A model generated the notes under the pieces. That model saw only the letters and a list, made by a program, of their open reading frames with translations. It did not search any database and was not told where the DNA came from. A DNA stretch of 32,000 nucleotides from Akkermansia muciniphila ATCC BAA-835 (GTDB lineage: Bacteria; Verrucomicrobiota; Verrucomicrobiia; Verrucomicrobiales; Akkermansiaceae), in NCBI RefSeq assembly GCF_000020225.1, contig NC_010655.1, positions 1,560,001-1,592,000 on the forward strand. The letters are read 5' to 3'. The position numbers and the translations under genes were made by a program. Position 1 is the first letter of the stretch. Each line of letters begins with the position of its first letter. Of this stretch, positions 7,859 to 16,654 are shown piece by piece.

Positions 7859-8986
7859 ATGATGACGGCGAATGCACCTGAACAACTGGAATGGTCCGGA
7901 AAAAACGGGGCGGAAGAACGCTTCTTCTGCATGACGGCGGAGCCGGGCGCAAGTTTTGAGGAAGAACTGCATTCCCTGATGACCAGGTACCGCAATCTGG
8001 GGGGAGGGGAGGAAGATGAATTCCTGTTGCGTTTCCATGTCAGCGACCCGGTGCGCCAGTCGGCTGCGCTGCGGCGGATGATAGGGGAGAGGAACTCCTA
8101 TGTTTCCATGGTTGGCCAGCCCCCTGCGAACGGGGCCCGCGTAGCTCTGGAAGCCTGGCACATCGGCGGAATGTTGGGAAAAAGGCATATGGCGGAACAG
8201 GGCGGAACGGTCGTGGAAGCCCTCCGCGTTCATTACCGGCTGTTCCTGGCGGGCAAGAGGGAATTCTCCTCCCCGGACAGCTGCGGCCAGATGCGGGAGG
8301 AATTCCGCTGGCTGGACCGGATTGCCGCCTTACAGGGGGGAGCCGTGCCGGATTTGATTCACCGCACCTGGATTTATTGCCGGGACATTGACAACAACTA
8401 CCGGGGATTGGTGGAAGGCCGCAACGGATGCTTTGACCGTTACGGGCTGACTCCGGAGAGCCATTTCATCGCCAGTACCGGCATTGAAGGCTGTACGGAG
8501 CTGCCGGGCCGCCTGCTGCATATGGACAGTCTGGGCATCGCGGGGCTGGAGCCCGGGCAGGTCCGGTACATGGAAGCGCCGGACTACCTGTCCCCCACGC
8601 ATGTGTACCGGGTGGCCTTTGAGCGCGGCGTCCGTATTGTGTACGGGGACCGCTCCCATTATTTCCTTTCCGGCACCGCCAGTATTGACGCGGAGGGAAA
8701 CATTGTCCATCCGGGGGACGTGGTGGGCCAGACGGCCCGCACCCTGGAAAATATGAGCGCCCTGATGGAAAGGAGCGGGGGAAGCCTGTCCGACCTGAAG
8801 CAGGCCGTAGTGTACCTGCGCGACTGGGCGGACCGGGAAACGGTCCGGAACCGGCTGATGGACTCTCCGCTGGCCGCTGTGCCGCATGTGATGCTGAAAG
8901 CCCCTGTCTGCCGCCCCGGCTGGCTGGTGGAAATAGACGGAATAGCCGTTAATGGAGCCGGAGAGTCCGCCTTTGCCCCCTTGTAA
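7859..8986 (+). CDS. FkbO/Hyg5/XanB2-type chorismatase-like protein (RidA/YjgF fold at the C-terminus)
   Basis: 375-aa ORF starting 14 nt after the previous stop, with no signal peptide. The C-terminal stretch 'HYFLSGTASIDAEGNIVHPGDVVGQTARTLENMSALMERSGGSLSDLKQAVVYLRD' has the YjgF/RidA-like signature. That signature preceded by a ~230-aa N-terminal extension is what I associate with chorismatases. The assignment is by recall only. Confidence 0.6.
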   Translation: MMTANAPEQLEWSGKNGAEERFFCMTAEPGASFEEELHSLMTRYRNLGGGEEDEFLLRFHVSDPVRQSAALRRMIGERNSYVSMVGQPPANGARVALEAWHIGGMLGKRHMAEQGGTVVEALRVHYRLFLAGKREFSSPDSCGQMREEFRWLDRIAALQGGAVPDLIHRTWIYCRDIDNNYRGLVEGRNGCFDRYGLTPESHFIASTGIEGCTELPGRLLHMDSLGIAGLEPGQVRYMEAPDYLSPTHVYRVAFERGVRIVYGDRSHYFLSGTASIDAEGNIVHPGDVVGQTARTLENMSALMERSGGSLSDLKQAVVYLRDWADRETVRNRLMDSPLAAVPHVMLKAPVCRPGWLVEIDGIAVNGAGESAFAPL

Positions 8987-9065
8987 ACCCTGCCGTTCCC
9001 GGAACCGCGGCGCACGGGCGATTTCCCTTGTTATCCCGTGCACGGAAATGGTATCATGAAAGCGC

Positions 9066-9449
9066 ATGACTTATCGCCTTAATACGGACCGTCTGGTTTT
9101 TTTTTCCGTGCTGTTGTGGGTGCTGTTGCCGCCGGGTGTTTTTGCCTGGGAAGGGAATCCTCCGGGTCCGGATAATGTGCGGTGGCTGGAGCAGTTCTGT
9201 TCCAGCTACATGCAGTTTCTGACCCTGGGCGGCGTGTTGTGCGCGGTTATTGGTTTTGTGTGCGCCGCCCTGGTCTGGCTGGTGCATCGTCTGGACTGGG
9301 CGCGGAGCTTGAAAATCAGCGTGCTGTTTGTCATGTCCATCCTGTGCCTGGTTTTGTATGGCGGCTCCCTTTCCTTTGCCGTGTTTTATCTTCCCCTGGC
9401 CCTGATTAACCCCGCCGTGTATTGTTTCAGCGTCGGCCGGGCGGAATGA
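9066..9449 (+). CDS. Small hypothetical integral membrane protein
   Basis: 127-aa ORF with about four hydrophobic segments (VFFSVLLWVLLPPGVFA, FLTLGGVLCAVIGFVCAALVWLV, ISVLFVMSILCLVLYGG, FAVFYLPLALINPAVY). No family recognised. Contains a T9 run at 9097-9105. Confidence 0.5.
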   Translation: MTYRLNTDRLVFFSVLLWVLLPPGVFAWEGNPPGPDNVRWLEQFCSSYMQFLTLGGVLCAVIGFVCAALVWLVHRLDWARSLKISVLFVMSILCLVLYGGSLSFAVFYLPLALINPAVYCFSVGRAE

Positions 9450-9638
9450 GCGGAGGGAGATTTGAAGGAAGATTCTAAAGGTCTTTAATAAAAATATTAT
9501 GCCGTTGCGGCAGAGATGGGCTGAATGAGAGTTCCTGGCGGCGACGAAGGAATACTTTTCCTAGAGGGGGGAGAAAAAGGTTTCATGATTTTGTTTTCTG
9601 GAATATCTCTTTGATTTTCAAATATAGCAGGATTTGTC

Positions 9639-9669
9639 CCGGAGCCGTCTACGGCAAAAACGGCTCCGG
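9639..9669. terminator. Stem-loop between convergent genes (candidate bidirectional terminator, 13 nt past the cysI stop)
   Basis: Perfect 10-bp stem CCGGAGCCGT/ACGGCTCCGG with an 11-nt loop. It is followed on the plus strand by the T-rich 'ATGTTTATGCTTTTAT'. There is no clean U-tract on the minus strand. Confidence 0.5.
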
Positions 9670-9681
9670 ATGTTTATGCTT

Positions 9682-11322
9682 TTATAAAGATTGCGGATGT
9701 AATGAGCGGATGCTCCAGTCACCGAATCCTTCCCCTTGGTTGCGTTCTGCCGCAAAACGTGCAAATACTGGTCGGAGCACGTCTACGATTTCTTTTACGG
9801 ATACAGATTCCTGATAGACGAAGCCTAGTCTGTCTCCTCTTCTGGAACCGCCCATCCAGATATTGTACTTGCCCGGACCTCTGCCGACGAAAGCCAGTTC
9901 TGCCAGATACGGCCTGGAGCATCCGTTGGGACACCCGGTCATGCGTATAGAAATTTCTTCGTCCCATAGCCCCAGTTCTTTTAACTGTGATTCCAGTTCA
10001 TCCACCAGTTTTGGAAGTAGTCTTTCGGAGTCTGTAAGAGCCTGCGGACAAAATGGCAGGCTGGTACAAGCGGAGGAATTGCGCCTGAGTCCCGAATCGT
10101 TGGGGAGAAGATTGTACTTCCTAATGATGGATTTGATTCGCACGGCAGTATCTGGTGTGATGCCGTCAATGACCAGATTTTGATTACCTGTGATGAAAAA
10201 ATCTCCTTGATGAATGGAAGCTATTTCGTGAAAAGCGGTTTTAAGCTGTTGCCTGTTTGAATTTTGGATGCGGCCGCCTTCAATTTCAATGGTTTGTCGG
10301 CCAGGAACATCTGCGGCATCTCCGTTCGTAGATAATGAAAAAGGTTTGGCCTCTTGAAGAGGAAATGGAAGGCGTGTTGCAAGTTCGTTAGTGAACCAGC
10401 CCAGTCCTTTACCGGCAATGGTGTACCTGAGCCGGGATGTTTTTCTGTTGCTGCGGGTGCTGAATTCTTTATGGATCAAAAGCACCTGCCGGGCTACTTC
10501 CTCCACCTGTTCCGGGAAACAGAATCCGATAATATCCGCAAGGCGGGGGAAAGATCCGGGATTGCCGTAAGCATAGCCCATTCCTCCGCCGGCCAGGATA
10601 TCATATCCCAGGAGTTTTCCCTCTTTTTCAATAGCCACGAAGCTCAAGTCCTGGGCGTATACATCCACATCATTTTCCGGGGGAAGCGTAAAAGCGATTT
10701 TAAATTTGCGCGGCAAATATCCGGGACCGTACAGAGGCTCCTCCTCCTCGCCCGAGTAGATTCGTTTGGCATCCAGCCATATTTCATGATAGGCATGTGT
10801 CTGCGGTTCCAGTTTTCGGGAGAGTTCCTGGGCTTGATTGAAGACTGTCTCATGGATGCCGGAATCTTCCGGGTGCAGAGAAACCATGACATTGCGTGTG
10901 GCGTCTCCACTGGCGGCAATCGTGGTGATGGCCGCGTGATGGATATCTTTCATGGTCTGTTTCAAATCCTGCTTGACGACTCCGTGGATTTGAATGGCTT
11001 GGCGTGTCGTAAGTTTAAGAGTGCCGTTACCGAATTGGTCGCTTAGCGTTTCCGCAGCCAGCCATTGACTGGGTGTGATACGGCCTCCGGGGAGGCGTAA
11101 CCTCAACATGAATAACCAATTTCGTCCCTGTCCGTTTTTCTTTCGGATAAGCCGTTCATCTCGGTTATCCTGCTGGGTGATTCCATGGAATTTCAGCAGA
11201 AATTCTTCTTCGGACGGGAAATGGGTAATGCTATCGTCATGGAGGAGGTTAGAGATATTCCCTCTGAGGAAATCGCTTTCCTCCTTGATTCGTTCGTTGG
11301 ATGTGTATCCTTCTTTAATCAT
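9682..11322 (-). CDS. cysI: Assimilatory sulfite reductase, sirohaem/[4Fe-4S] haemoprotein
   Basis: 546 aa. The N-terminus 'ERIKEESDFLRGNI...FLLKFHGITQQDNRDER...MLRLRLPGGRITPSQW...LKLTTRQAIQIHGV' is collinear with E. coli CysI. Cluster cysteines are present: 'CTSLPFC' and 'TGCPNGC'. Confidence 0.9.
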   Translation of the reverse strand: MIKEGYTSNERIKEESDFLRGNISNLLHDDSITHFPSEEEFLLKFHGITQQDNRDERLIRKKNGQGRNWLFMLRLRLPGGRITPSQWLAAETLSDQFGNGTLKLTTRQAIQIHGVVKQDLKQTMKDIHHAAITTIAASGDATRNVMVSLHPEDSGIHETVFNQAQELSRKLEPQTHAYHEIWLDAKRIYSGEEEEPLYGPGYLPRKFKIAFTLPPENDVDVYAQDLSFVAIEKEGKLLGYDILAGGGMGYAYGNPGSFPRLADIIGFCFPEQVEEVARQVLLIHKEFSTRSNRKTSRLRYTIAGKGLGWFTNELATRLPFPLQEAKPFSLSTNGDAADVPGRQTIEIEGGRIQNSNRQQLKTAFHEIASIHQGDFFITGNQNLVIDGITPDTAVRIKSIIRKYNLLPNDSGLRRNSSACTSLPFCPQALTDSERLLPKLVDELESQLKELGLWDEEISIRMTGCPNGCSRPYLAELAFVGRGPGKYNIWMGGSRRGDRLGFVYQESVSVKEIVDVLRPVFARFAAERNQGEGFGDWSIRSLHPQSL

Positions 11323-11337
11323 AATATTTTCTGTGGG

Positions 11338-12117
11338 TTAAGCTAGATTTGTCCCCCAGCGTTTGTAGATAGATTGTTCCAGGGGGGAGAAGATGAGTTT
11401 ATCTGAGAGCAGGCCTAAGAGAATAATAACGAACATGATTCCCATGACCTGCTCCATGGAATTGAGTTCTCTTCCGAAGTGCAGGAGCTGTCCCAATCCC
11501 AATCCTGTCAGGATGGGAACAAAAATTTCTGCGGACATCAGGGAGCGCCAGGAGAAGGCCCAACCTTGCTTCATGCCGCTGACGATGAATGGTGCAGAGG
11601 CCGGAAGCGTGACGAAGAGCAGCGTGTAGGCAGAACCGGCTCCCATTGTCCGAGCTGCGCGAGCATAAATTGGAGGGATGTTGGCAAGTCCATTTTCTGT
11701 GGCCAGTATGACTGACCAGACAGTACCCATGATGACAACGAACAAGATGGCCGCTTCTTCCTGACCGAACCATAGGATGGCCAGAGGGACCCAGCAAACG
11801 CTGGGAAGCCCTTGAAATCCCAGTGCCAGAACTCCGATGGTGTTTCTTATTATTTGGAAACGGGCAGATAAAAGTCCTGCTGGAATCCCGATGGAGATTC
11901 CTGCCAGGTACCCCAGGAACAGTCTCCTAATGGTAACGAACGTAGCGGACCAGAGAGAGTTGTCCCTGATTGCTTCTTCAAGATAGCCGCTTATGGTGGA
12001 AGGTGCCGGGAATAGGAAAGGCCTCCACCAGCCGGACAGAGACCCGTATTCCCATATAGCTATAGCTAGAAAGATGAATACTGAGGATTGGATGATGCTT
12101 TTTATGGAAGAATGCAT
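11338..12117 (-). CDS. ABC transporter permease, NitT/TauT family (SsuC/TauC-like)
   Basis: 259 aa, about 6 TM segments. The loop 'YARAARTMGAGSAYTLLFVTLPASAPFIVSGMKQGWAFSWRSLMSAEI' is EAA-type and typical of SsuC/TauC permeases. Overlaps the ATPase gene by 16 nt. Confidence 0.9.
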   Translation of the reverse strand: MHSSIKSIIQSSVFIFLAIAIWEYGSLSGWWRPFLFPAPSTISGYLEEAIRDNSLWSATFVTIRRLFLGYLAGISIGIPAGLLSARFQIIRNTIGVLALGFQGLPSVCWVPLAILWFGQEEAAILFVVIMGTVWSVILATENGLANIPPIYARAARTMGAGSAYTLLFVTLPASAPFIVSGMKQGWAFSWRSLMSAEIFVPILTGLGLGQLLHFGRELNSMEQVMGIMFVIILLGLLSDKLIFSPLEQSIYKRWGTNLA

Positions 12118-12899
12118 GATGTCTGTGTGTCTTGTTTTTCTTCTGCGGTTCTGGAAACCAATTTTAATGCACGTGTGATGTTTGAGGATAGCCGGGCTAC
12201 TCCCGGATCATTGATTTGGCGCGGTCGCGGCAAACGAATGCAGAATTCTCCGCAAATACGTCCAGGGTGGGAGGAAAATAAAATGACTCTGTCTCCCAGG
12301 CATACGGCTTCCCGTACATTATGAGTAACAAAGACGACGGTAATCCCATGTCCGGCACAAATGGCCTGGATATCCGCATAAAGTTGTTCCCTGGTCATGG
12401 CATCCAATGCCGCGAAGGGCTCATCCATCAGAAGAACCCTGGGGCGCAATGCAAGAGCCCGGGCTATGGCTACGCGTTGTTTCATTCCTCCGGAGAGTTC
12501 ATGGATACGAGCTTGCGTGAAGTTGTCCAAGCCTACTGATTTCAGGTTTTTCAAAGCTATTTGGCAACGTTTTCTGCGGGGAATTCCGGTAAATCGGAGA
12601 CCGAATTCTACATTGTGCAGCACGTTTAACCACGGGAACAGGGCGAAATCCTGAAAAACGACTGTCCTGTCCGGTCCAGGACCTGAGATTATTTCTCCAT
12701 CATAGGAAATGCTTCCCGTATCCGATTTGATCAGACCGGCGATCATATTCAGCAGAGTTGTTTTGCCACAACCGCTTGGACCTACCAGGCAGATGAATTC
12801 TCCTTCCCCTATGTCCAGATTGGCAGAAGAAAGCGCCAGAAGCGATTTTTTTCTGGAAAAATAACTTTTGGAAACGTTTCGTATGGATAATCTACTCAT
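12102..12899 (-). CDS. ABC transporter ATP-binding protein, NitT/TauT family (SsuB/TauB-like)
   Basis: Walker A 'GPSGCGKTT', signature 'LSGGMKQRVAIARAL', Walker B 'LLMDEPFAALD'. I trimmed the track ORF (12102-12986) to the ATG at 12899 (MSRLSIRNVSK...). That start overlaps the upstream gene's stop by 8 nt. Confidence 0.9.
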   Translation of the reverse strand: MSRLSIRNVSKSYFSRKKSLLALSSANLDIGEGEFICLVGPSGCGKTTLLNMIAGLIKSDTGSISYDGEIISGPGPDRTVVFQDFALFPWLNVLHNVEFGLRFTGIPRRKRCQIALKNLKSVGLDNFTQARIHELSGGMKQRVAIARALALRPRVLLMDEPFAALDAMTREQLYADIQAICAGHGITVVFVTHNVREAVCLGDRVILFSSHPGRICGEFCIRLPRPRQINDPGVARLSSNITRALKLVSRTAEEKQDTQTSCILP

Positions 12900-13917
12900 G
12901 GCTGGGATTATTTTTATCATTCCGGATGATGCCTTCGACACGGGGAAGTTCCTTGTAAAATCCAGTCCGTACCATATCCTTGGCAAATGCTTGGAGCTTT
13001 TCTTCGGATATTTTATTAGTGGGAACTAACCTGGGCCATGCATGGAGAATTAAAGAGGGATCAATGCTGGAACGGGTGAGTTCCCTCAGTTCTTCTACGA
13101 CGATTTTTTGAGCTTCCTGGGGATGTTCGATAATCCAGAAAGTGAGTTCTCTGTGAGCTTCAATAATGGCCTGTGCCACGTCCGGCTGTTTTTCCAGAAT
13201 TCTCTTTTGGGCTGTCAGAACAGTAGTTACGGCATCCGTTTCAAGAAACAGGAGCTTGCCTCCGGCTTCCTTTTCCAGGCGGCTAATCCATGGTTCTACA
13301 GTCCAGGATCCGTCTAGTTTTCCTTGACGAAAGAGAGATATCTGTTCTGGATTGGGGGTAGGAAGTATGCTTGCGTCTCCTCTGGATTGAGTGACTGCTA
13401 CGCCTCCCAGGGCCAACCATGTCCGGCAGGCTATATCCTGAGTATTGCCCAATTGGGGGGTAGCGATGATTTTCCCTTGAAAGTCTTTTTGTGTTCGTGC
13501 TTCGGAATGGGTGGGGACGACCAGTCCGGACCCTCCCTGTACGGCTCCTGCTACTATTTGCAGGAGAGTTCCATTGGATTTGGAATACGCATTAATGGCA
13601 GGGCTCGAACCAACGTAGGTAAAATCCAGGGAATTGGCGAACATGGCTTCCATGGCACTGGGGCCGGCGTTGTAAGCATACCATAGGATGGAGATGTTTT
13701 TCCCCGTCCGTTCAAAGATGCGTTTTTCAAACCATCCCTCCCCCGTGCGGCTGAAATGCCTGGCAACCAACCCCTGGACATGGGTTACGTTGGGGAAAAG
13801 GCCAAAGCGTATTTGATCCTGCCGTTCGGATGCTTCCCGACAGGATGCCAGAAATGCTGGAACCAGGAGAGCGCCAATACAAAGAAGAGCATCTAATGCA
13901 AGAGGCAGAGTTTTCAT
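12892..13917 (-). CDS. ABC transporter substrate-binding lipoprotein (NMT1/SsuA/TauA-like)
   Basis: I trimmed the track ORF to the ATG at 13917, which gives 'MKTLPLALDALLCIGALLVPAFLASC' (signal peptide plus lipobox). It has a periplasmic-binding-protein-like body and sits directly upstream of the NitT/TauT ATPase and permease. Confidence 0.8.
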   Translation of the reverse strand: MKTLPLALDALLCIGALLVPAFLASCREASERQDQIRFGLFPNVTHVQGLVARHFSRTGEGWFEKRIFERTGKNISILWYAYNAGPSAMEAMFANSLDFTYVGSSPAINAYSKSNGTLLQIVAGAVQGGSGLVVPTHSEARTQKDFQGKIIATPQLGNTQDIACRTWLALGGVAVTQSRGDASILPTPNPEQISLFRQGKLDGSWTVEPWISRLEKEAGGKLLFLETDAVTTVLTAQKRILEKQPDVAQAIIEAHRELTFWIIEHPQEAQKIVVEELRELTRSSIDPSLILHAWPRLVPTNKISEEKLQAFAKDMVRTGFYKELPRVEGIIRNDKNNPSHE

Positions 13918-13951
13918 AAAATGGTAGAACAGGTATTTAAATGGGATAAAA

Positions 13952-15679
13952 TTAAAATTCCACATAGAGAGTGCGCGCCAGAAGAAACGCAGTATTTTCG
14001 TTTGCTTTCGCAGGGGGGAGGATGCGGTCTGCCGTTTCTGGCGCGGAGACGACATTCCCAAGCCAGATGCAGTAGGTTCCCTTTGCTTTTCTGGGCAGGA
14101 CGGGAAGGCCCGGCAGCACTGCAATGCTCATGAGCCCCGCTTCGGCCAGCAGGCCTGAGGCATTGACGATTTCTCTAGCGGATCTGCCCCATACGCCTTC
14201 TGCCTTGAAATCCAGACCGTAGGTATGAGCCTTGAGCCGATGGAGTTCCCGTTCCAGCTGTTTGGCGAAGCTGCGTGCCAGTTCGCTGTCTTCTCCCGCT
14301 ACGTAAATTTGTTTTCCACCATGCCCGAAGGTTTCAGCGCGTTCATCGCTTGAAACGAATGTTTGGAGTTGTTCCTTTTCTTTTTCGGGAACCTTATCTC
14401 TGTGAGGGGGGCGGAGCATACCAGCTCCCGCTGTGACGTTATTCAGCGGGTCAATCAGGATGAAAGCTCCTCCGGAACGGTTATCCCGGTAATAATCATA
14501 GAACAAGGGGGAACTGGTTTCCAGGACGATACGGCCGACATGATTCAGAGGAAGCTGCGTTGCATGGCGGCTTTCCAGTGTATTGACGTCTATGTCGTAT
14601 TGGAGTTCTACTATCCTCCCCTGGATATTTCTGCCCGCATGGCGCATAATGTATTTGCTTCTGGGAAGAAGGGGTTTTTCAGACATCCAGATGACACGGG
14701 CTTCCAGCCGATCCTCTATATGGGGGAGATTCCCTTTTTTGACAATCATGTCACCGCTGCTGATATCTATTTCATCCTCAAGTTCCAATACGACGGCTTG
14801 GGGAGAGAATGCTTCTTCCAGTTCTCCGTCCGGAGTAACGATTCTTTTGATCCGGCTGTTTTGAAACGAAGGCAACGTCACGATAGGATCACCCCTGCGG
14901 ATGGAGCCGGAGGTAATGGAGCCGGCGAACCCCCGGAAATCGAGATTGGGCCGTATGACTGTCTGTACCGGAAAGCGGAAATCCCGGAGATTCCTGCTGT
15001 CGCTGGCATCCAGCGTTTCCAGAATGGAAAGCAGATGATCGCCCTGGTACCAAGGCGTTTTTCCTGTTGTTTGCGTCACATTTTCCCCTTCAATGGCGGA
15101 AATGGGAACGAAACGAACATCCGGGATATTCAACTGTTGCGTGAAGCTTCCGAATTCTTCTTCAATTTTCCGGAATTTTTCTTCAGAGTATTTCAAAAGA
15201 TCCATCTTGTTGACGGCTACGATGAGGTGCCGTATTTTCAGAAGAGAGACGATGAACGCATGCCGTTTCGTTTGTGTGAGTACTCCATGGCGAGCATCAA
15301 TCAGGATGATGGCGGCATCTGCCGTGGAAGCTCCGGTGGCCATGTTCCGGGTGTATTGTTCATGTCCGGGGCAGTCGGCAATGATGAATTTGCGGCGTGG
15401 GGTGGTGAAGTACCGGTAGGCTACATCAATGGTTATTCCCTGTTCCCGTTCCGCTCTAAGGCCGTCCAGCAACAGGGCGTAATCAATTTTACCTGCTCCA
15501 GCAGTTCCATTTTTTTCACTGGCTTTGCGCAGCTCTGCCAGCTGGTCGTCAAAAATCAGTTTGCTGTCATAAAGGAGGCGTCCGATGAGTGTAGATTTCC
15601 CGTCGTCCACGGAACCGCAGGTAAGTACGCGTAGCAGGCTTTTATTTTCGTGTTCGTTCAGGTATGAGTCGATGTCCAT
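13952..15679 (-). CDS. cysN: Sulfate adenylyltransferase subunit 1 (GTPase) with a truncated, P-loop-less APS-kinase-like C-terminal domain
   Basis: 575 aa. GTPase motifs 'GSVDDGKST', 'DCPGHEQY', 'NKMD' and an overall CysN-like sequence. The last ~140 aa align to the start of CysC but read 'YVAGEDSELA' where CysC has the '[10 protein letters not shown]' P-loop. Confidence 0.9.
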   Translation of the reverse strand: MDIDSYLNEHENKSLLRVLTCGSVDDGKSTLIGRLLYDSKLIFDDQLAELRKASEKNGTAGAGKIDYALLLDGLRAEREQGITIDVAYRYFTTPRRKFIIADCPGHEQYTRNMATGASTADAAIILIDARHGVLTQTKRHAFIVSLLKIRHLIVAVNKMDLLKYSEEKFRKIEEEFGSFTQQLNIPDVRFVPISAIEGENVTQTTGKTPWYQGDHLLSILETLDASDSRNLRDFRFPVQTVIRPNLDFRGFAGSITSGSIRRGDPIVTLPSFQNSRIKRIVTPDGELEEAFSPQAVVLELEDEIDISSGDMIVKKGNLPHIEDRLEARVIWMSEKPLLPRSKYIMRHAGRNIQGRIVELQYDIDVNTLESRHATQLPLNHVGRIVLETSSPLFYDYYRDNRSGGAFILIDPLNNVTAGAGMLRPPHRDKVPEKEKEQLQTFVSSDERAETFGHGGKQIYVAGEDSELARSFAKQLERELHRLKAHTYGLDFKAEGVWGRSAREIVNASGLLAEAGLMSIAVLPGLPVLPRKAKGTYCIWLGNVVSAPETADRILPPAKANENTAFLLARTLYVEF

Positions 15680-15724
15680 AATGGTAAAAATAAGAGGTAT
15701 CGTCAGAATGGTTCATAATAGGGG

Positions 15725-16636
15725 TTAAAAATATCCTTCTCGTTTTTTCTGTTCCATGGAGGCATCACCGTCGTGGTCAATTATACGAGAAGAACGCTCG
15801 CTCAGCCTGGTTTCCAGCATTTCCGCTACAATCTCTTCTACAGTGCGAGCTGTAGATTCTATGGCTCCAGTTAGAGGGTAACAGCCCAGTGTACGGAAAC
15901 GGACGGTTCTCATCTGCGGTGTTTCCCCCGGTTTCAAAGGCAGGCGGTCGTCGTCCGCCATAATAAGGGAGCCGTCACGTTCCACAATGGGACGGGGTCT
16001 AGCAAAATACAGGTCTACAACCTGTATTTTTTCCAGGCGGATGTATTGCCAGATATCCAGTTCCGTCCAATTGGACAGAGGAAAAATACGGACGCTTTCT
16101 CCCGGATTGATACGGCCGTTATAAATGTTCCATAATTCCGGCCGTTGATTTTTGGGATCCCATTGGTTGAATTTATCCCGGAAAGAGAAAATTCGTTCTT
16201 TGGCCCGTGATTTTTCTTCGTCGCGGCGGGCGCCTCCGAATACGGCATCATATTTTCCTGCGGTCAACGCCTGAATCAATGCCTGTGTTTTCATAATATC
16301 CGTGTATTTGCGGCTGCCGTAAGTAAAAGGATTGACGCCGGCGGAAATGCCTTCCTGGTTACTGTGGACAATCAGATCCAGATCATTTTCCTGAACGAAT
16401 CTGTCCCGGAATTCTATCATCTCGCGAAATTTGAATGTGGAGTCTATATGAAGAAGCTTGAATGGGAGTCTGCCTGGATAGAATGCCTTTTTGGCTAAGT
16501 GGACCAGTACAGAGGAATCTTTCCCGATGGAATAAAGAAGTACGGGATTTTCAAACTGGCTGATGGCATCCCGGAAAATGTGAATGCTTTCTGCCTCCAA
16601 CTGTTTTAGCTGGCTGAGTCTGTAAATGCTGTTCAT
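15725..16636 (-). CDS. cysD: Sulfate adenylyltransferase subunit 2
   Basis: 303 aa. '[66 protein letters not shown]' is the PP-loop CysD signature. Confidence 0.95.
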   Translation of the reverse strand: MNSIYRLSQLKQLEAESIHIFRDAISQFENPVLLYSIGKDSSVLVHLAKKAFYPGRLPFKLLHIDSTFKFREMIEFRDRFVQENDLDLIVHSNQEGISAGVNPFTYGSRKYTDIMKTQALIQALTAGKYDAVFGGARRDEEKSRAKERIFSFRDKFNQWDPKNQRPELWNIYNGRINPGESVRIFPLSNWTELDIWQYIRLEKIQVVDLYFARPRPIVERDGSLIMADDDRLPLKPGETPQMRTVRFRTLGCYPLTGAIESTARTVEEIVAEMLETRLSERSSRIIDHDGDASMEQKKREGYF

Positions 16637-16654
16637 TTTGTATATTTTTGGTTA

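Noticed and set aside
9012-9041. A 7-bp inverted repeat, GCACGGG...CCCGTGC, after the chorismatase-like gene, considered as a terminator.
   Set aside because: It has a 16-nt loop and no following T-run, which is too weak to call a terminator.
9590-9599. The 10-mer TTTGTTTTCT occurs near both borders of the low-GC island (9590-9599 and 18743-18752). I considered it as att-like direct repeats.
   Set aside because: It is a short, low-complexity T-rich word in AT-rich spacers. Chance occurrence is likely, and no integrase or tRNA is nearby.
12892-14124. N-terminal extensions in the track ORFs: 12102-12986, 12892-14124, 18998-19858, 24738-25754 and 26727-27518.
   Set aside because: The extensions overlap the upstream gene or read as non-homologous R/K/P-rich sequence. 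Internal ATGs at 12899, 13917, 19672, 25700 and 26871 give proper signal peptides or family-typical N-termini and sensible intergenic spacing.
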